From: Octopus sinensis
Taxonomy: Eukaryota
Assembly (NCBI RefSeq): GCF_006345805.1
Contig: NC_043005.1
Span: forward strand, 74,400,001-74,464,000
Length of the DNA stretch: 64,000 nucleotides
Direction: 5' to 3'
Below, piece after piece: positions 50,479 to 63,562 of the stretch (position 1 is the first letter of the stretch; every line of letters starts with the position of its first letter). The notes below the pieces were generated by a model, which saw only the letters and a list, made by a program, of their open reading frames with translations, did no database searches and had not been told where the DNA came from. The position numbers were made by a program, and so were the translations under genes.

Positions 50479-51540
50479 TTAGATTGTCAAGAAAGTTCTT
50501 GCGGTTTTTAACCTTTAAATTCAGGGACACATATCTCGGCTCAAACAAGACTTTATTTATCGAAATAAACACCATCAGAATCAACACACTTTTGCCAACG
50601 CGAAACAAGTTTATTTATGCCAGTAGCGTAAAAATCCTGTGTTCTGGTGGCGATGAAGTCGTTGAAGGCCTATTTGGCATCGTCTTGGTTTTTCAGGCAT
50701 TTCTCACGCAGGAAGTTGACTAGATGCTTGAAAAAGTGGCAGTTGGTAGGCGAGAGGTCTGGTGAGTATGGCGGATGAGACAGTTTCTTAGCCCAAATCG
50801 TTCAGCTTCTGCAGGGTCAGTTGTGCTACGTGCGGTCGAGTGTTGTCGTGGAGAAGAATTGGTCCTTTTCTATTGACCAATGCTGGCTGTTGTTGTCGGA
50901 GTTTCTTATGCATTTCATCCATTTGCTGACAGTACTTCTCTGCCGTAATGGTTTCGCCTGGATCCAAAAAGCTGTGATGGATGAGACCGGCCGTAGACCA
51001 CCAAACAGTCACCATGACCTTCTTTTGGTGCAACTTTGGCTTTGGGAAGTGTCATGGAGCTTCGTCGGCATCCAACCACTGAACTGAGTGTCGCCGGTTG
51101 TCGTAAAGACAACTTTCCATCGCAAGTCACAATCCGGTCGAGAAACGGATCGTTCTTGTTGCGTAAAAGAAGAGAAGGTGACACTTCAAAACGGCGTTTT
51201 TTTTTGTTTTTTTTTTGTAGTTCAATTCGTGCAGCACCCATTTCTGAAGTATTTTTGTTTTTCCAATCTCTTTCAAGTGGTTGGAAATTAAGGTATACGT
51301 TACATCTAATTCAGAAGCAAGCTCTCGAACAGTTGTGCGTGGATTGGCTTCCACTAAGGCTCTTAGTTGATCGTTGTCAACATTCGATGGCCAACCACTG
51401 CACTTATCATCTTCCACTGCACTTATCATCTTCAAGACTCTCGTCACCGCTACGAAATTTCTTGAACTCCTATTGTGCTAAAATTGCTAAAATTGCTCTT
51501 AAATGTGGTTTTGGTCGTATTTACTGCTTCTTCTAACGTG
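50479..51540 (-). mobile_element. Mariner transposon remnant (Hsmar1/Mos1-like), 5' end missing
   Basis: FLDRIVTCDGK, HQKKVMVTVWW, PILLHDNTRPH motifs; TIR TA|TTAGATTGTCAAGAAAGTTCTTGCGG at 50477. Confidence 0.9.
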
Positions 51541-51695
51541 TAAAATTACCTGTTAAGTGTAGTTTCTCTTGTGTTTAAATGCACAATATTTTATATTGAG
51601 AATATGTTGTCAATTGACTTTTTAGACTTGCTAGGTCACTGGCAGTGAAATTTCTATAAATATTCGCTACCTTATATATTTTACACACACACACA

Positions 51696-51766
<71 letters not shown>

Positions 51767-52011
51767 ATATATATATATTATATATATATATATATAATAT
51801 ATATATATATAATAAGAGACTTGCTTCTGTCATTGGAGAGTGGCCATGCTGGGGCATCGCCTTGAAGTGTTTAGTCGAGCAATTGGATCCTAGTACTTAG
51901 TCTATTTTAATCTTGGAAAATTATCCTATCGGATCATTTTTCCGAGCCAGAGTTGCGAGGTCAGAAACAAGCAAAATCGTTTATCAAGCGGTAGTGTGGA
52001 ACAAGCACAAA

Positions 52012-52064
<53 letters not shown>

Positions 52065-52734
52065 GCTTATACATATATATATATAAATATATATGAAGGA
52101 CTTCTTTCAGTTTCCGGCTACAAGATCCACTCACAGGGCTTTGGTCAGCCCAGGGCTATAATAGAAGAGACTTGCTCAAGGTGCCATGCAGTGGGACTGA
52201 ACCCTTAACCATGTGGTTTGGAAGCAACTTTTTACCACATAGCTACGCGTGCACCTATCATCTGTCAGCCTAGCAACATATTTCGACTTCCTGCCGAAGC
52301 TTAATAAATTATGTCACATATGAATGCGAAACGTAAACTTAATTATTAAACCGCCCTCGCTCATACACTTTACTTTTCTGTCAGATACGATCCTTTCGTT
52401 ACTTTGATCTCGCTTGTGGTCGTATGTTGACCAACAGAGATCAAATAGACGAAAGTCAATACTTACCACACAGCAAAAGCAAGATAATTAATCAACTGCA
52501 GCATTTCAGCCAGTGCAATTATAGCATTTGCACATACAGGACAATGTATGCCAAATGCAAAGCTCAATAAATGCGTGCGATCAACACAGGCATTCAGAAC
52601 CCAGTAAAGGGGTGCGAGGGAAGATTTTCCATTCATTATTCTAAGTATTTACATCAGAAATTTCTTGCCTTTTTAGTTAAAGATTATTGTGCTTTCAAAC
52701 TAAGTATGTGGGAGGGTACACGTGGTTTTATCTA

Positions 52735-52810
<76 letters not shown>

Positions 52811-52955
52811 ATCTATCTATCTATCTATCTATCTATGTAACTGTCTGCCTGTTTCCCTCTCTCTTTCTCTGTATGTGTGTGTGTGTTTGCATATATATAT
52901 ATAATATATATATATACATATCTCCTTGTTTCTTTCTGTGTTTCTTTTCTGTGTA

Positions 52956-52993
52956 TCTTTCTGTTGAAGAGCGTAGGCTCGAAACGTAAAAGA
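52956..52993 (+). ncRNA. Minimal type I hammerhead-ribozyme-like motif with one core deviation
   Basis: TCTTT-CTGTTGA-A-GAGC GTAG GCTC-GAAAC-GTA-AAAGA: stem I TCTTT/AAAGA, stem II GAGC/GCTC, palindromic ACGT stem III, GUA cleavage triplet. Confidence 0.5.
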
Positions 52994-53141
52994 CTTGTTT
53001 TATTTATATTCCTGAGCGCCATACTAATACAATTGCTTGTTTGTATTCCACCTGCCTTCGTCTTTTGTTTATTTTCATAAAGCTTCCCGTTATATATATA
53101 TATATATATATATATAGATAGATAGATAGATATATATATAT

Positions 53142-53195
<54 letters not shown>

Positions 53196-53216
53196 TAGAC
53201 AGAGACAGACAGACAA

Positions 53217-53249
<33 letters not shown>

Positions 53250-53254
53250 GAGAG

Positions 53255-53289
<35 letters not shown>

Positions 53290-53703
53290 TATGCATGTTC
53301 GTTATTGCCTGTTTTTAGTTATTTGTTAGAAACCTACTCCCCCGAGGAAGGAGTAGGTTTCTAACAAAGATACAAGGCTCCGTCGTAGGATTCTAGATAA
53401 CAAAAACAAAGTCACATTTTAAAATTGCATATTTAAACCTTACATATTTTTATTGTTCCACTTATAGATTGTTTTTTTCAGTGTGCGAGTTTGTATGTAA
53501 GCATGTCTGTATGTATGCATGTATGAATGAATGAATGAATGAATGAATGAATGAATGTAAGAGGTCATGGGCAGTGAACGGCCATCCGACAATATGTGTA
53601 CACGTGTATGTATGCATGTATGTATGCGCAGGGACGTGGAAAGACCTGGTTTGGTGTCCAGGCGCGCGGTTGGCCCAGTGGGAGTGAGAAGCCCCTCTGT
53701 TGT

Positions 53704-53977
53704 CACAACATCTCTGTGGGAGAGGTAAACTCCGAGAGAAAACCTACGACACTAACAATATTCGATGATGTAGACTTGTTCTTCTTTTTGAGTTCATGTT
53801 GTCCATGTTAAGGGAATGGGATTGGATTTGTGCAAATCCTCACGACATCTCTCTAGAGAAGGGAAACTCTGAGAGAAAACCTGCGACACTGACAATATTC
53901 GATGATGTAGACTTGTTCTTCTTTTTGAGTTCATGTTGTCCATGTTCAGGGAATGGGATTGGATTTGTGCAAATCCT
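53704..53977. repeat. Direct tandem duplication, 2 x 137 bp, carrying an RTE 5'-UTR-like motif
   Basis: Units start at 53704 and 53841; GAGAAGGGAAACTCTGA resembles the GGAGAAGGAAAACTCTGA motif of RTE 5' ends. Confidence 0.7.
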
Positions 53978-54444
53978 TTCCCCACTATAAAAAAAAATCC
54001 TCATGCACAGGCATCGCTTGAAAACAAAGTAAGACCTATCTCAATAATGGCTGTTCGTAGCCGTCGCATGTGTGGGATTCTAGAAGAGGCGATGGCAAAA
54101 CTCGAACAGGAGTTTACAGCCATCATGTATGTATGTATAAGCAGAAACATGAGAACATATGCTCATGCACTCACATATACATATATAAATATATGATTGT
54201 TAAAGAGGATAACAAACATTAAGGCAAGGCAAATATCCCAAGTCGTATATGGTACTATTATTGGAAAATTAGTTATTGTGTTCCTCTTTTTTTTAACAAT
54301 TATATATCCGCTGCATCGGAAATCTGCAATGGCCCCATATCTACTTCTCGGTTGTAACCTTGGCGCCCTAGTAATCCGTTACAATGTACCTAATCGTTTA
54401 GATCACCTGCGAACTAAACCCCCATACTACGCATATATATATAT

Positions 54445-54516
<72 letters not shown>

Positions 54517-54519
<3 letters not shown>

Positions 54520-54810
54520 TTATATATATAAAAGTGAAGTTGTGTGTCTGTCTCCTACGATTTAGATTCCTAACTACTCCCACATTTGCGGTGCAGTTTA
54601 ACCAAAACCGGGTATCTTATAGTCGTGATTCATATCGAGCCCTTCTGGGTATTAGCGCGCGTCTACGATGAGTCTACGATTTAAAAAAACATTTACCACC
54701 ATTTTTTCCATTTTAATGCATTTTTTTGCTATTTTTTGGCTATAACTCTCTAAAAATGCTTATATAGTTATTTCCCTTACAAACCCGAGCAACGCCGAGC
54801 GATACTGCTA

Positions 54811-54811
<1 letters not shown>
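54517..54811 (+). mobile_element. Non-autonomous Helitron (295 bp) in (TA)n
   Basis: A|TC 5' end, subterminal CCCGAGCAACGCCGAG hairpin-like box, CTAG|T 3' end. Confidence 0.8.
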
Positions 54812-54852
<41 letters not shown>

Positions 54853-55199
54853 GTATAATACACAAGCCATTCGGAAAGCTATTCCAAGCTTTTTGTTTTG
54901 TAGCTTCTAGCTGGTAATTAGATTTTTTTCTTTTCTTTTCTTTTTCTTTTGTAATAGGCTTCTATCATATATAGTTGCCCTCAGAATTAATGTATGAGGC
55001 CGAATGTTGAGAGCGTCGAACAAACGATCAGAAAGTCGTTGGTTCGATTCTCGATACCGGCCAGCACGATGTGTCTTTGAGCAAGGAATATCATTCTCAT
55101 ATTACTCCAGTCTTCTCAGGTGAAAATTAGTTCCAGCTGATTGCTGGTACAGCATTATTTGTCATTAGCTGGGCCATCCAGGATGTGCCGAGAGTCAAA

Positions 55200-55460
55200 A
55201 TATAAAATAAATGCGCCCTTTTTAAAGCCTAGCCAGGCTCATGGGTCCGGTTTCCCGGTTTCCGTGGCGTATGTGTTCCCCAGCTGGACGGGACGCCAGT
55301 CCATCGCAACGTTACTCATTTTTGCCAGCTGAGTGGACTGGAGCAACGCGAAATGACGTGTTTTGCTCAAGAACACAACGCGTCGCCCGGTCCAGAAATC
55401 GTAACCACAATCTTATGATCATGATGCTGACACCCTAACCATTAAGCCACGCGCCTCCAC
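55200..55460 (-). mobile_element. SINE family C with 13-bp TSD
   Basis: GCCGAGAGTCAAA at 55187-55199 and 55461-55473. Confidence 0.85.
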
Positions 55461-56277
55461 GCCGAGAGTCAAAGAATGGCAAAATTGCAAGTGTCTATTT
55501 GCGATAATACGGGCAACTTAAACAATTAACAAAAGCATGGTACAAGCTATCACGTCTTAACTCGTTTGCAATCAAGCTTTTTAAATATATAATTAATCGG
55601 TTTTAGAGTGGTGAATCTTTTTGAAACGGTAGAGTATTGGACAAAATGTTATGCAATATTTATATTCCTTTGTGTTGTGAGTTAAAATTCCACTAAGATT
55701 GACTCTGTCTTCCATTCATGCAGATCTCATCGATTAACATGCTATTATACTTTTGCTGTGGTCTGGTTAAAAGCACTATAACCATCTGACTTTACCTAAC
55801 GTCGGTAGAACATCTGAGCTATACGGAAGTTAATTGTTAGATTAAGAGCTTAACGGTCCCGAGATTAAATCAAATTACAGTGGAAAAAAATAAAACAAAA
55901 ACAAAACTACTATAGTAAAATTTACACATACTTTAGACTAGCAAACAGAAAGATTAATTGTATTTTCTTTCATTCAAGCCATCTTAAAACATACATAAAC
56001 AATGTGGGTGGGGCTAGTTAATTGCATGCATTAGCATAAAGTTTGGGTGAGTATAAAATTACTGAAAATGAAGCGATGGAAAATTTCAGACAGATGCTAT
56101 TTACTCAACTTATAAAAAAAAAAAATTCTTGGTTCCTTTCAACATGTTACTTACCTGCTATTATTGGCTGCTAAGATGTAGACAAAAAGTCTGTTAGTTT
56201 AATAATCATCTGACAAGTTAAAGCAAATATCAAGTTTTTTTTAAAAATGTGACTGAGGGCCTTTTTTTATATATATA

Positions 56278-56311
<34 letters not shown>

Positions 56312-56693
56312 CAGATAAAATTATTGCTAAAGGTTGTAGAATGGAAAACAGCGAAAGAAGAAGACGGAAAAAGTTCTGAAAGTTAAAAAGTTTAAAAAGT
56401 AAAAAAGAAATGGGTTAGTAAACATTTCTTGAGAGAACGAATAAAATGTATAGAATACATGGTATGAATAAACCGAAACACACCACCACCGCCACCACTG
56501 CCGCTGCCACCCGACACAATAATGGTTAAAGAGGAATTAAGAGGAATTCTCTATGCGGTCACTCACACTATTAGATATAGAAGCCAGATATTCCTTAAAT
56601 CCAGCCTACGGCCTTAAAAAAGGCAATGCTTGGATAATGTAGCTCCAAATACTAGTATTATAATATATATATAAACGGCAAAGTGTGTGTGTG

Positions 56694-56728
<35 letters not shown>

Positions 56729-56731
<3 letters not shown>

Positions 56732-56912
56732 TTTATACAAATCCACAATTTTTCAGTTAGAGAGCCCGAAACTTGATACGCCAATTGAATGCCAGCTAGC
56801 TGTCTGTGATTGGTCGGAGATTTGGTCAGTACTCGCATTTATGTGCGCACGCACGCAGCTGTATATGCATGCTCTAGCATTATGACCCGACGTTGCCGGG
56901 TCATAGTGCTAG
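56729..56912 (+). mobile_element. Short non-autonomous Helitron (about 184 bp)
   Basis: Perfect 9-bp hairpin TATGACCCG/CGGGTCATA (56881-56905) followed by GTGCTAG|T; putative TC start after (TG)n. Confidence 0.7.
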
Positions 56913-58916
56913 TGTTCAAATAAAGTTTGTTTCGTCACTTATTGAATGACATTGATCAAGGTTTGCTCAACTAGGTTGACTCAAGTTTCACCCAGGATTC
57001 ACCCAGATTTCACCTGGTTTAAATATCGTCAGCAGGGAGCTACAAAAAGCAGCTAAATTTATCTGAAATCACAAAAGGCATTTCCAAAAATCAACTTTTC
57101 CGCAGCTCTCGGAATAAAATGTGATTTTGTGATGTATTTCGGAAGAAAGAGGATGAAGTAAATTAGCACAACCTGAGCATCGAAAGTGGGTCATCGGTTA
57201 TCATATTGTATTGGTTTTGTCTTGAATTAATATTACAAAACTACATGAAGCAGTAACAAGCTTGACGTTTTCAAAAGTACTTTGTTCTGAGGAGACCAGC
57301 TTTTAAAAATTTCTTACATTCGAATACTAGTATATGATAAATGGTCCAAGTATAAAGTCGAAACTAGAGATATTTCCTACACGGAATAAATCTAAATAGC
57401 ATTAAGCAATGTTTGGTACTTGACAGATCACACATCACCACCTCTTTAAGGTTCTTTATATTAACATTTTTTATACTTGTTTCAATCGTTAGACTACGGC
57501 CATGCTGGGGCACTCCTTGAAGAATTTTTAGTCGAATGAATAAGCCCTAGTATTTATATTTTTCTTTTAAGCCGGGCACTTATTCTATCAATCTCTTTTG
57601 CCGAAACACTATGATACGGGGACGTAAACACACCAACACTGGTTGTCAAGAGGTGGTAGAGGACAAACGCTCGCGCTAGCACACACGCACACACGTACAC
57701 ACACACACACATACACACACACGCAAATATATATATATATATATATGTATGTGCATATATGATGGGCTTCTTTCAGTTTCTGTCTACCAAATTCATTCAT
57801 AAGTTTCTGATTGACTCAAACTTATAGCAAAAGACACTTGCTCAAGGTATTGCACAGTAAGACTGAACCCAGAACCATGTGATTGGGAAGCAAGCTTTTT
57901 ACCACACATCCACGCCTATAGGGATTTGTGTAGCATAAAACCTTGAATTTGGTATGAATGCCTGGGTCGATGATATGATGGTGGGGTTTAGTCGATTAGA
58001 TTGGTTTAAAATCAAGAGTATTATTTTATTGACTCCAGAGGGATGAAAATCAATATTGATCCTGGCGAGAATATGATCTAAGAATATGACATCTAGTTCT
58101 TTACCTTCCGATTTCAGAATCCAGCCAAGTCATTTTTTGTCTTTCATCCTTTCGTAAAGTAAAAAGTACCAGTCAATTACTGGGGTCGAATTCTCCTTCC
58201 ACAAATTAGTGGCCTTTTGCCTAGATTAGATATTAATTAATGGCGATGGTTTGTGAGAATTGGCAGAGCGTATTAGAAACAAATAAGGGAGATAGATTGA
58301 AAGAATCAGTAGAGCATCGCACAAAATATTTTGCGCTATTAATTTCGGTTCTTTACGTTTTAGGTTCTAATCCTGCCGAGGTCAACTTTGTTTTTCATAT
58401 TTTCGGGTTCAATAAAATATAGTATCAGATAAGTTCTTGGATCGAAGGTGGTGCCTAACACCATTCCTTCAAAACTGCTGACCTCGTGCTAAGATTTGAA
58501 GCCAATAAAAAAGGAACGAAGCAGATAAAATCATTAACGCGTCGGGCAAAATTCTTAGCGGCATCTCTTCCAGCTCTTTAGTTTCAGAGTTCAAATCCTG
58601 CTGCGGTCAGTTTTGCCTTCCATCCTTCCATAACCGATAAAGTACCAGTTTTATACTGAAATATAAATCTTATTCTTAAAATATTCTTCTATTCTTAAAA
58701 TTGAAACAATTCTTGTTTTTATGGATTTTTGTTATGATGAAAAGACGCTGCGCACGATAACTTATCAAACTCAACGGGATTGAAATGCAACTGTCTGTCT
58801 GTCTATCTGTCTCTCTTTCTTCCTCTCTCTCTGTCTCTCTCTCTGTCTCTCTGTCTCTCTCTCTGTCTCTCTGTCTCTCTCTCTGTCTCTCTCTGTCTCT
58901 CTCTCTCTCTCTCCCT

Positions 58917-58948
<32 letters not shown>

Positions 58949-58955
<7 letters not shown>

Positions 58956-60420
58956 GGATTGCAATGGGAACCCGAGCTGCCCCAGTGATTGCGAACCTTG
59001 TAATGGGTTACCTAGAGCTTAAAATATATCAATCATCACTACAAAAATATGTCATCTCATTTCATTGCTATTTAAAGGAGAACTGCAAGAGGTATTTGGA
59101 CGATTGCTTTATACTTTGGAAAGACAGCATGGACAAACTCCTCGATTTCAAAATAAAGCGCAACAATATCAATAACAACATACAATTCACCATGGAGCAC
59201 AGCAATAAACAACTCCCTTTTTTTGACATCCTAATTAAAATAGCCAATAACCACATCGAAACAGACATCTTCTACAAAACTCACAGATACAAAACAATAC
59301 CTATTATTCAACTCATGCCACTCCAAACACATAAAAATTAATATACCTTATAATCTAGCGAAAAGAATCTGTACCATAGTTTCGGACACCTGTACTCGTG
59401 AACGAAGACTCCTTGAACTCAGATCAATACCAATCAAAAGACATTACCGAATATCATTAATAAATGATGGCATTAAATGAGCAAAGGAAATAGATATAGG
59501 AACATTCAGGGAAGTCAACCGAAATACTACACCAGACTTAAAAGTACTCCCATACACCTCCACACATAACCCTAGAAACAACGAAGCCTTCAACATTATC
59601 ATCCAAAATCTACCCACCCTCACAAGAGATAAAACAATGAACAAAATTTTAGGCTCACACAAAATTATCAAAAGCAAAATACAAATCATTGAAAAAATAT
59701 TAACCAGCACAAGACTATATCCATTAACAACGGAACCAAAAGTAAAAAAAATGTGGTCGACCTAACTGTGGCTCATGCCCCCACCTTTTGGAGGGTTCAG
59801 AGTTACACTGAACCCACAAGGTGAAATATTTAAGATTAAATCAAATTTCACCTGTGCCTCGAAAAACCTAATCTATGCCATTACCTGCTTAGGGTGCGGT
59901 AATCAGTATATTGGCCAAACAGGAATATCACTCCGTCGAAGAACCACTCTCCACAAACAACAAATCCGCCACCCACAATACAGGCAGATACAGGTCATTG
60001 AACACATAGAAAGGTGTGCTAGGAAACTTAATCCTAATTTCCTAATTTTCCCCTTCTATCAATGTTCACAGAACACCTCAGTACAGCAAAAATGAATAAA
60101 GAGGCAACTTTCATCAATAAATATCTTCCACAACTCAATATGAACATATAACATAATACAGAACACTACTAACCTTTCAATTAATACCACTAAACCCCAT
60201 ACACCATTCACATTACAGTATTATATCTACCCTAATTAAATCAAATCTAGAATCACTTACCTCCCTTACACATAATCTTTTTACTCAGGGACTAGTAGAC
60301 CCGAGACCGTTCGGTAATTGGTGCGCATTTAAAGCCAGTGAACAGTAATTTTACGAAACCGGTATGCCTTTGAATCTCTTTAACAATTCACAATAATGAC
60401 TTTTATTACTTTTATTCCTA
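58949..60420 (+). mobile_element. 5'-truncated Penelope-like element (RT plus GIY-YIG endonuclease), frameshifted
   Basis: GIAMGTRAAPVIANLVM, KRYLDDCFILW, LPFFDILI, TDTKQYLLFNSCH, NIPYNLAKRICTIVS, and FTCASKNLIYAITCLGCGNQYIGQTG...RTTLH; 3' boundary approximate. Confidence 0.92.
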
Positions 60421-60568
60421 CCTCACTTCATCTAATTGTATATATCTATCGTTACTTTTCATAAAAAGCCTTTACATTTGATGTCCAATATGCATTTTCG
60501 CTTTTTTCTTCTTACTTTACCCTTACATTTCCACGTGTAGTTTCTATTTTCTTTTTGTAGCACATTTC

Positions 60569-60633
<65 letters not shown>

Positions 60634-61350
60634 GATCAAATGAATTGACCCCAGTACTTAATTTTTTTAAAGCCTGTTATTTATGCAATCCGTCGCATTT
60701 GCCAAACCGCTAAGTTACGGGGATCTAAACACACCGGTTATCAAGCAGTAGTAGGAACTCTCTCCCTCCCCTCTTTCTCTCACACACATACATATACATA
60801 CATATATTTATATACGATGGCTTTTTCCATCTACAAAACCCACTTTCCACCTACCAAACCCACTCACAAGGTTTTGCTCGGCCCGAAGAAGTAGAAGACA
60901 CTTGCCCAATGTGCCATGCTGTGATACTGAACCCAGAACCATGTGGTTGGGAAACAAGCTTCTTACCGCACAGATGCATTAGGTGTGCAACAAATTTACC
61001 TGTTGATTGCAGCTCTTATCAATATTCACATTAAACTCCCTCTGATGCCCGATCCAATAATGTTCTATGTGACACGCATAGGCTCTTACGTAATATAAAA
61101 AAAACATATCTGTTATGAGAGAAAAACATGAAGGATGAATTCGATATTTCTTTATTTCTTCGATTACACACACTTCTGCGATTGATAATCGAGGATAGTA
61201 AATTTTAAATGCAATGTATAAAGATCATTTCCTCATGCCGAACGCATAATCGGACAGAGTCGAGATACAATGTGTATATACGTATACCTATGACACATAC
61301 GGATGTGCATATACGTATACCTATGACACATACGGATGTGCATATATTTA

Positions 61351-61845
61351 CCGTAAATCCTGGAGTATAATCCGCATTTCCCCCCAAAATTTAAAGGTCA
61401 AAATCCCTAGTACGTATTATATACTAGGTTAAAAATGAAAATTATTTTCTAAGAAATGTCCGAGTCTCTATTTGCTGTCCGACAATGTTTATTCAGACGT
61501 ATTTTGTGATGTCGGGTGCGAAAATACCTTAAGCTAAGCCTGCAAGCAATGAAGTCATAAAAGAATCATCCATAACTTGCAGTAAGCAACATTTATTAAA
61601 CGTTATTACTGTTATTTCTTTATTTTCTGCAAACAAAATGCACAAAAATGCTACACGTCTGCATTATGTTATATATACGTTACCGTATACATTTTTACAA
61701 ACCAAGGACGTTATGTAGACCTCCTTGACTCACGTTAGAGAAGGAGTGCGTATTATACACAAGGTTTAGGTTTTTCAGAAGTACAGCCCCCTAAAAATCC
61801 TCTGCGTATTATCCTCAAGGACGGACTATACTCAAGGATTTACGC
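61351..61845. mobile_element. pogo/Tigger-like MITE
   Basis: TA|CCGTAAATCCTGGAGTATAATCC and GGACTATACTCAAGGATTTACG are inverted termini; no ORF. Confidence 0.7.
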
Positions 61846-62129
61846 TGTTTGTCTATGTATACACAGGCGCATATATGTCTGTGTATGTGCATGTGCATAT
61901 TTATGAGTTTGTTATTAAAATTCCTTGTAAAATATGTCGATAACTTACGCTTTCTTTTTGTTCGTCTTTTTCAGATACGCTACACTATTAACAAGCTTAC
62001 CCAAACAATGTTCGAAAAACTACAGCGGCACTAAACGTAACAACGCACACAGTCTACCATTGACGGTGCTTTTCTTTTAGAAGAGAAGCACAATTCCACT
62101 TAGCGAAGATTGTGAGGAGAAATATATAA

Positions 62130-62440
62130 AAATCATGAATTTAATTATGGATATATGAAATATATATGATATATATGAATATGTGAAATATATAAAAATA
62201 ATTATAAATAAAATTATGGATATATGAAATATATGCGTATGTGAAATATATGAAGTAATTATGAATTTAATTATGAATATATGAAATATATGAATATATC
62301 GAAAAAAATATGAATAAAATTATGAAATATGTGAAATGTATTAAATATATGAAATATATGATATATATAAAATTTATGAGTAAAATGATAAATGTATGTA
62401 ATATATGAAATATATATATAAAAAAGGTTGAATAAAAAAT
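62130..62440. repeat. Degenerate AT-rich minisatellite built from ATATGAAAT(AT)-like units
   Basis: Directly visible. Confidence 0.8.
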
Positions 62441-62484
62441 ATATTCTATGGCGAGTGTAAAGTATATATTATGTGAGATGCCAT

Positions 62485-62522
<38 letters not shown>

Positions 62523-62557
62523 GTATATATATATATGTATGTATATATGTATATATA

Positions 62558-62619
<62 letters not shown>

Positions 62620-63507
62620 AATTAATAATGATAATATTAGGGAGTAAATCCAAACTTACGGGGAAAAATTAGATTTAGGATTAAATCTAATTTATAGTAT
62701 AAATATATATATTAAATTAGAGATAAAACCACTATTAGGCAATGTATATTATGTATGTATATATATATATATATATATGTACGTATGTATGTATATGTGT
62801 ATGTATGTTTAGGCGAAGGCATGGATCTGTGGTTAAGAAGCTTGATTTGCAATCACAGCTTTTGGGGTTCAATCCCACTGCCCGGCACCTTGGGCAAATA
62901 TCTTCTACTAGAACTCCAGGTTGGCCAAATCATTGTGTGTGAATTTGGTAAACAGGAACTGTATGAAGGCCTGTTTCGCGCGCGTGCGTGTGTTGGAGTG
63001 TCGCTCATCACTGACCCACCGTCTCAGAAACTTAGCAGTTCAACAAAAGATGTATGATGAATGCCAGACTTCAAAAAATATAAGTATTAAAGTCAGTTTG
63101 TTCGACTAAAACCCTTCCGGACGAAGTCCCTGCATGGCCGCAGTCCAGTGACTTAACAAGTAAATGAAGATAATAGAAGATAGAAACCAACAATGAGCTA
63201 GAGGTAAAACAGAGTCACAGAGACACAGAGAGTCAGATAGATAGGGACAATATGTAGATGGGAGAGAGAGAGAGAGAGCAAGAAAGAGAAAGAGATAGGG
63301 GGAGAAAGAGAAGGGAGAGAGGGGGCAGAGACAGAGGCAGTAACAATATGTGAGGGAAGGAGGAAGAGAGGGAGAGAATGAAAGTAAGAGAGAGAAAGAG
63401 AGAATGTGTGTGTGGAGAAAACAGGAGGAGAGAGAGAGAGGGGGCAGAGACAGAGAGGCAGGAACAATGTGTAAGTGAAAGAGAGACATGGAGGAAGATG
63501 GAGATTG

Positions 63508-63562
<55 letters not shown>

